A DNA stretch of 63,251 nucleotides, the filler included, from Perkinsus chesapeaki ATCC PRA-425 (lineage: Eukaryota > Protista > Perkinsozoa): NCBI GenBank assembly GCA_013115145.1. It is 9 parts of 9 records of this genome, joined end to end, with 100 filler letters (N's around TTAATTAATTAA, not from the genome) between each part and the next. Parts side by side here need not be neighbours in the genome. Positions count along the whole stretch, not along the records: positions 60,341 to 62,057 come from JAAPAO010001815.1; positions 62,158 to 63,251 come from JAAPAO010002211.1; 7 more parts are not named here. One strand, written 5' to 3'. Below the pieces are notes generated by a model, which was given only the letters and a program-made list of their open reading frames with translations, had not been told where the DNA came from and ran no database searches. The first letter of the stretch is position 1; each line of letters begins with the position of its first letter. The translations under genes and the position numbers were made by a program. This document shows, one piece after another, positions 60,900 to 63,251 of the stretch.

Positions 60900-62057
60900 C
60901 AGGGCTCGTATGCGGATCCTGATTCCCCAGTTGAGTTAGCTCAGCCTGTGAGTTAGACTCATGAGCTTACTCAACGTGTGATTCACTGAATCTGAGCTTG
61001 AGTCGCTGGTTCTGAGTCACTAACTCTGAGACGAACAATCAAATCTTGAGTTAGAATCAGAGTCATTGAATCAGCTCACTCACTCAATCAAACAAACTCT
61101 TGACTCGATACAGCGGATCATGAGACAGTGGCTCAGAGTTTGAGTCATAGACGCAAGATCAGAGTCAGCGAATCGCTCCTTGAGACAATGACTCGCAACT
61201 CAACCACCTCATGAGCGGACTCGGGAGCCGATTCAAGAATTTGATTCACACACTCGCTGATTCACTGAATCACACATGTTTCAGTTCTGAATTATGTACC
61301 GGGGGTTTTCGTGGACGGCACAGACTCAGAGTCTGATTCACCACCCTGATTCGGTGATTTAGCGCTCGCCCAAATTCAGCGACCTGTCGCATGACTCCTG
61401 TGACATGTACAGTACATTATGTACTGTGACATGTACACCTATGCATGGCAAGTCGCCATTGGCAACAGAGTCATTCGATCGAACAGAGCCTATGATAGGC
61501 TGCCTATCGGCGCTATATTCGTATTCAAAGTACCCGACGTACTGTAGCTCTCAAAATGCGCTGCGTAGGATTGCTTTGGTCGAAGTACATGATGGCGAAA
61601 TCAGTTTTGATCGCATGCATTTTAGGGTCGGAACGCGGTAGCATTAAAGTACAATAACTTCAGTATCTTGATTGAAATTGCCAAGTATGGGGATTCATAC
61701 AAATTGTATCATGCAGTGGAATACATATCCATACAACGCACAATTTCAGTGAAATAATCGTGTAAAATGTCTGCGCCGGGGATCGAACCCGCATCGCAGT
61801 AGGTCGAATCGGATTCAGTGACTCTGGGTGAGCTTCCCCATTGGGAAATCCCCAAATCCGTTAGTGATTCGCCGAATCTGATTGCGCGATTTATGAGTTG
61901 AATAACTCATTCGAACTGATTCGGTGATTCAGTGGTGATTCGTTAGATCTGAGTTGATGCGGGAGAATCTGAGTAGAGAATCACTGAAATCGGAGGGTCA
62001 ACTCACTGAGTGAGTTGATTGCCTGAGCATTTACTCAAACTCAGCCCCCGAATGATT
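60900..62057. repeat. Arrays of short TGAGTC/TGATTC/GAATCA motifs (60900-61390 and 61800-62057); possible DNA-transposon subterminal region
   Basis: Dozens of copies in both orientations; starts with hAT-like CAGGGCTCGTATGC; right end lost in gap. Confidence 0.55.
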
Positions 62058-62207
62058 NNNNNNNNNNNNNNNNNNNNNNNNNNNNNNNNNNNNNNNNNNN
62101 NTTAATTAATTAANNNNNNNNNNNNNNNNNNNNNNNNNNNNNNNNNNNNNNNNNNNNATGCTGCTATTGCCTATAGTGGTGCTCCAAGTGACACTTATTG
62201 GTAGTAG

Positions 62208-63251
62208 TTACGTCCATATTGCCAGGGCACTCATTGCACCATAACCGACTAATACGGCAACGAACTGAGATACGATAGATGGAAATAACACCCCCTTTGA
62301 AATAGCACTACTACCTTCCATATAAGGTATGAAGATCCACGGCCAAATGCCATAGGAATAAATTCAAGAGCTCCAACATATAGGAACGTACCAGCGGCCA
62401 AGGCACTGCAGATTCCACTTAAGACCTCTGAAACACTTAGAAAATAGAAGGGAAAGGGATAACATGGTATTACCTGTATCACCCTCGGCAGAGTCGAGGC
62501 CCCATCCAATAGCAATGCCCACTGGAGTCATGAATGCGAATATAACACTGAAGAGTATCATTCGCCATTTTGAGAGTTTAGCTTCAACGAAAGATGCTCC
62601 CAGAGCATAGGCAGCAAGACCCTTATGGACCGCAATGGCGATGAGTGTCGATGCGATCTGTGAGCCGTTATTGCTTGCCCCTAATGAGAGGCCTTCGAAA
62701 ATGGAATGAACTGATAGAGCTAGGAAAATGAATATAGCTGATGCCTCGGACATATTAACATCATGTGAATGTTGTCCAGTGGACGAAGCTGACGAGGACT
62801 TACTACTAGTAGTAGCATCACCATCTTCATCAACATCTTCAGTAATCTGCGACGTTGTCGACACTCGAGAGCATTGAGCTTCAACGTCGGTGAAGCCACC
62901 GTTCTTGGTCTCATCACCGTTGATATTGGTAGTAGTATTATTATCATTCACCAGTTTAGGAGATTCTTCTTTATGTCGGGCCTCATGTGCATCAACTGAT
63001 TGCTCGATTATCAATAGTACTATGAACATTATACCACATAACATATAGGCAAAAGGGTAACCGTTCATGGACTCTGTTAAATCAGCCAAACTCTCGACAG
63101 AGTCGGCCAAAAGATGAACAAGCCCAGTTGCAAGTAGCACTCCAGCAACCAACGCACAAGAAACTTCGTAGAGCTTAGTTCGGGCAACCCATCGAGATAG
63201 TAAGATACCGATAAAACATACGACTACGTTGATCGCAATAGCGAGACCCTT
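62208..63251 (-). CDS. ZIP (Zrt/Irt, SLC39) metal transporter, 5' end outside window
   Basis: AGVLLATGLVHLL, His-containing loop GQHSHD, ALSVHSIFEGLSLG, IAVHKGLAA, FMTPVGIAIG, ALAAGTFLYVG. Confidence 0.95.

Overview
Eukaryotic, intron-rich, transposon-dense scaffold. Short GT-AG introns, the gene content and the artificial N-TTAATTAATTAA-N gap linkers suggest a Perkinsus-like alveolate; this is an inference, not verified. Eight 100-bp gap blocks break the window into contigs. Host genes: GDP-L-fucose synthase, a PUS7/TruD pseudouridine synthase, a WDR6-like WD40 protein, 5-formyl-THF cyclo-ligase, a LicD/fukutin-family transferase, a ZIP metal transporter, a long coiled-coil protein, catalytically dead cathepsin-B-like and pepsin-like remnants, and several lineage-specific secreted families. 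Mobile elements: a full-length Ty3/gypsy LTR element with LTRs, TSD, PBS, PPT and a GGGAAAC -1 frameshift; two or three Ngaro-like tyrosine-recombinase retroelements; a nested hAT with an 8-bp TSD; a deleted Tc1; and MULE-like fragments. Main discovery: at least 13 perfect and 7 near-perfect 22-bp scars of fixed architecture X[1-7] + revcomp(X) + X[2-8], where X is a different 8-mer each time, plus longer compound versions. One breaks the gypsy pol ORF by exactly +14 nt, and removing it restores the frame. This is the structure expected from hAT insertion (8-bp TSD), hairpin-mediated excision and a stereotyped annealing repair, here at about one scar per 3 kb.
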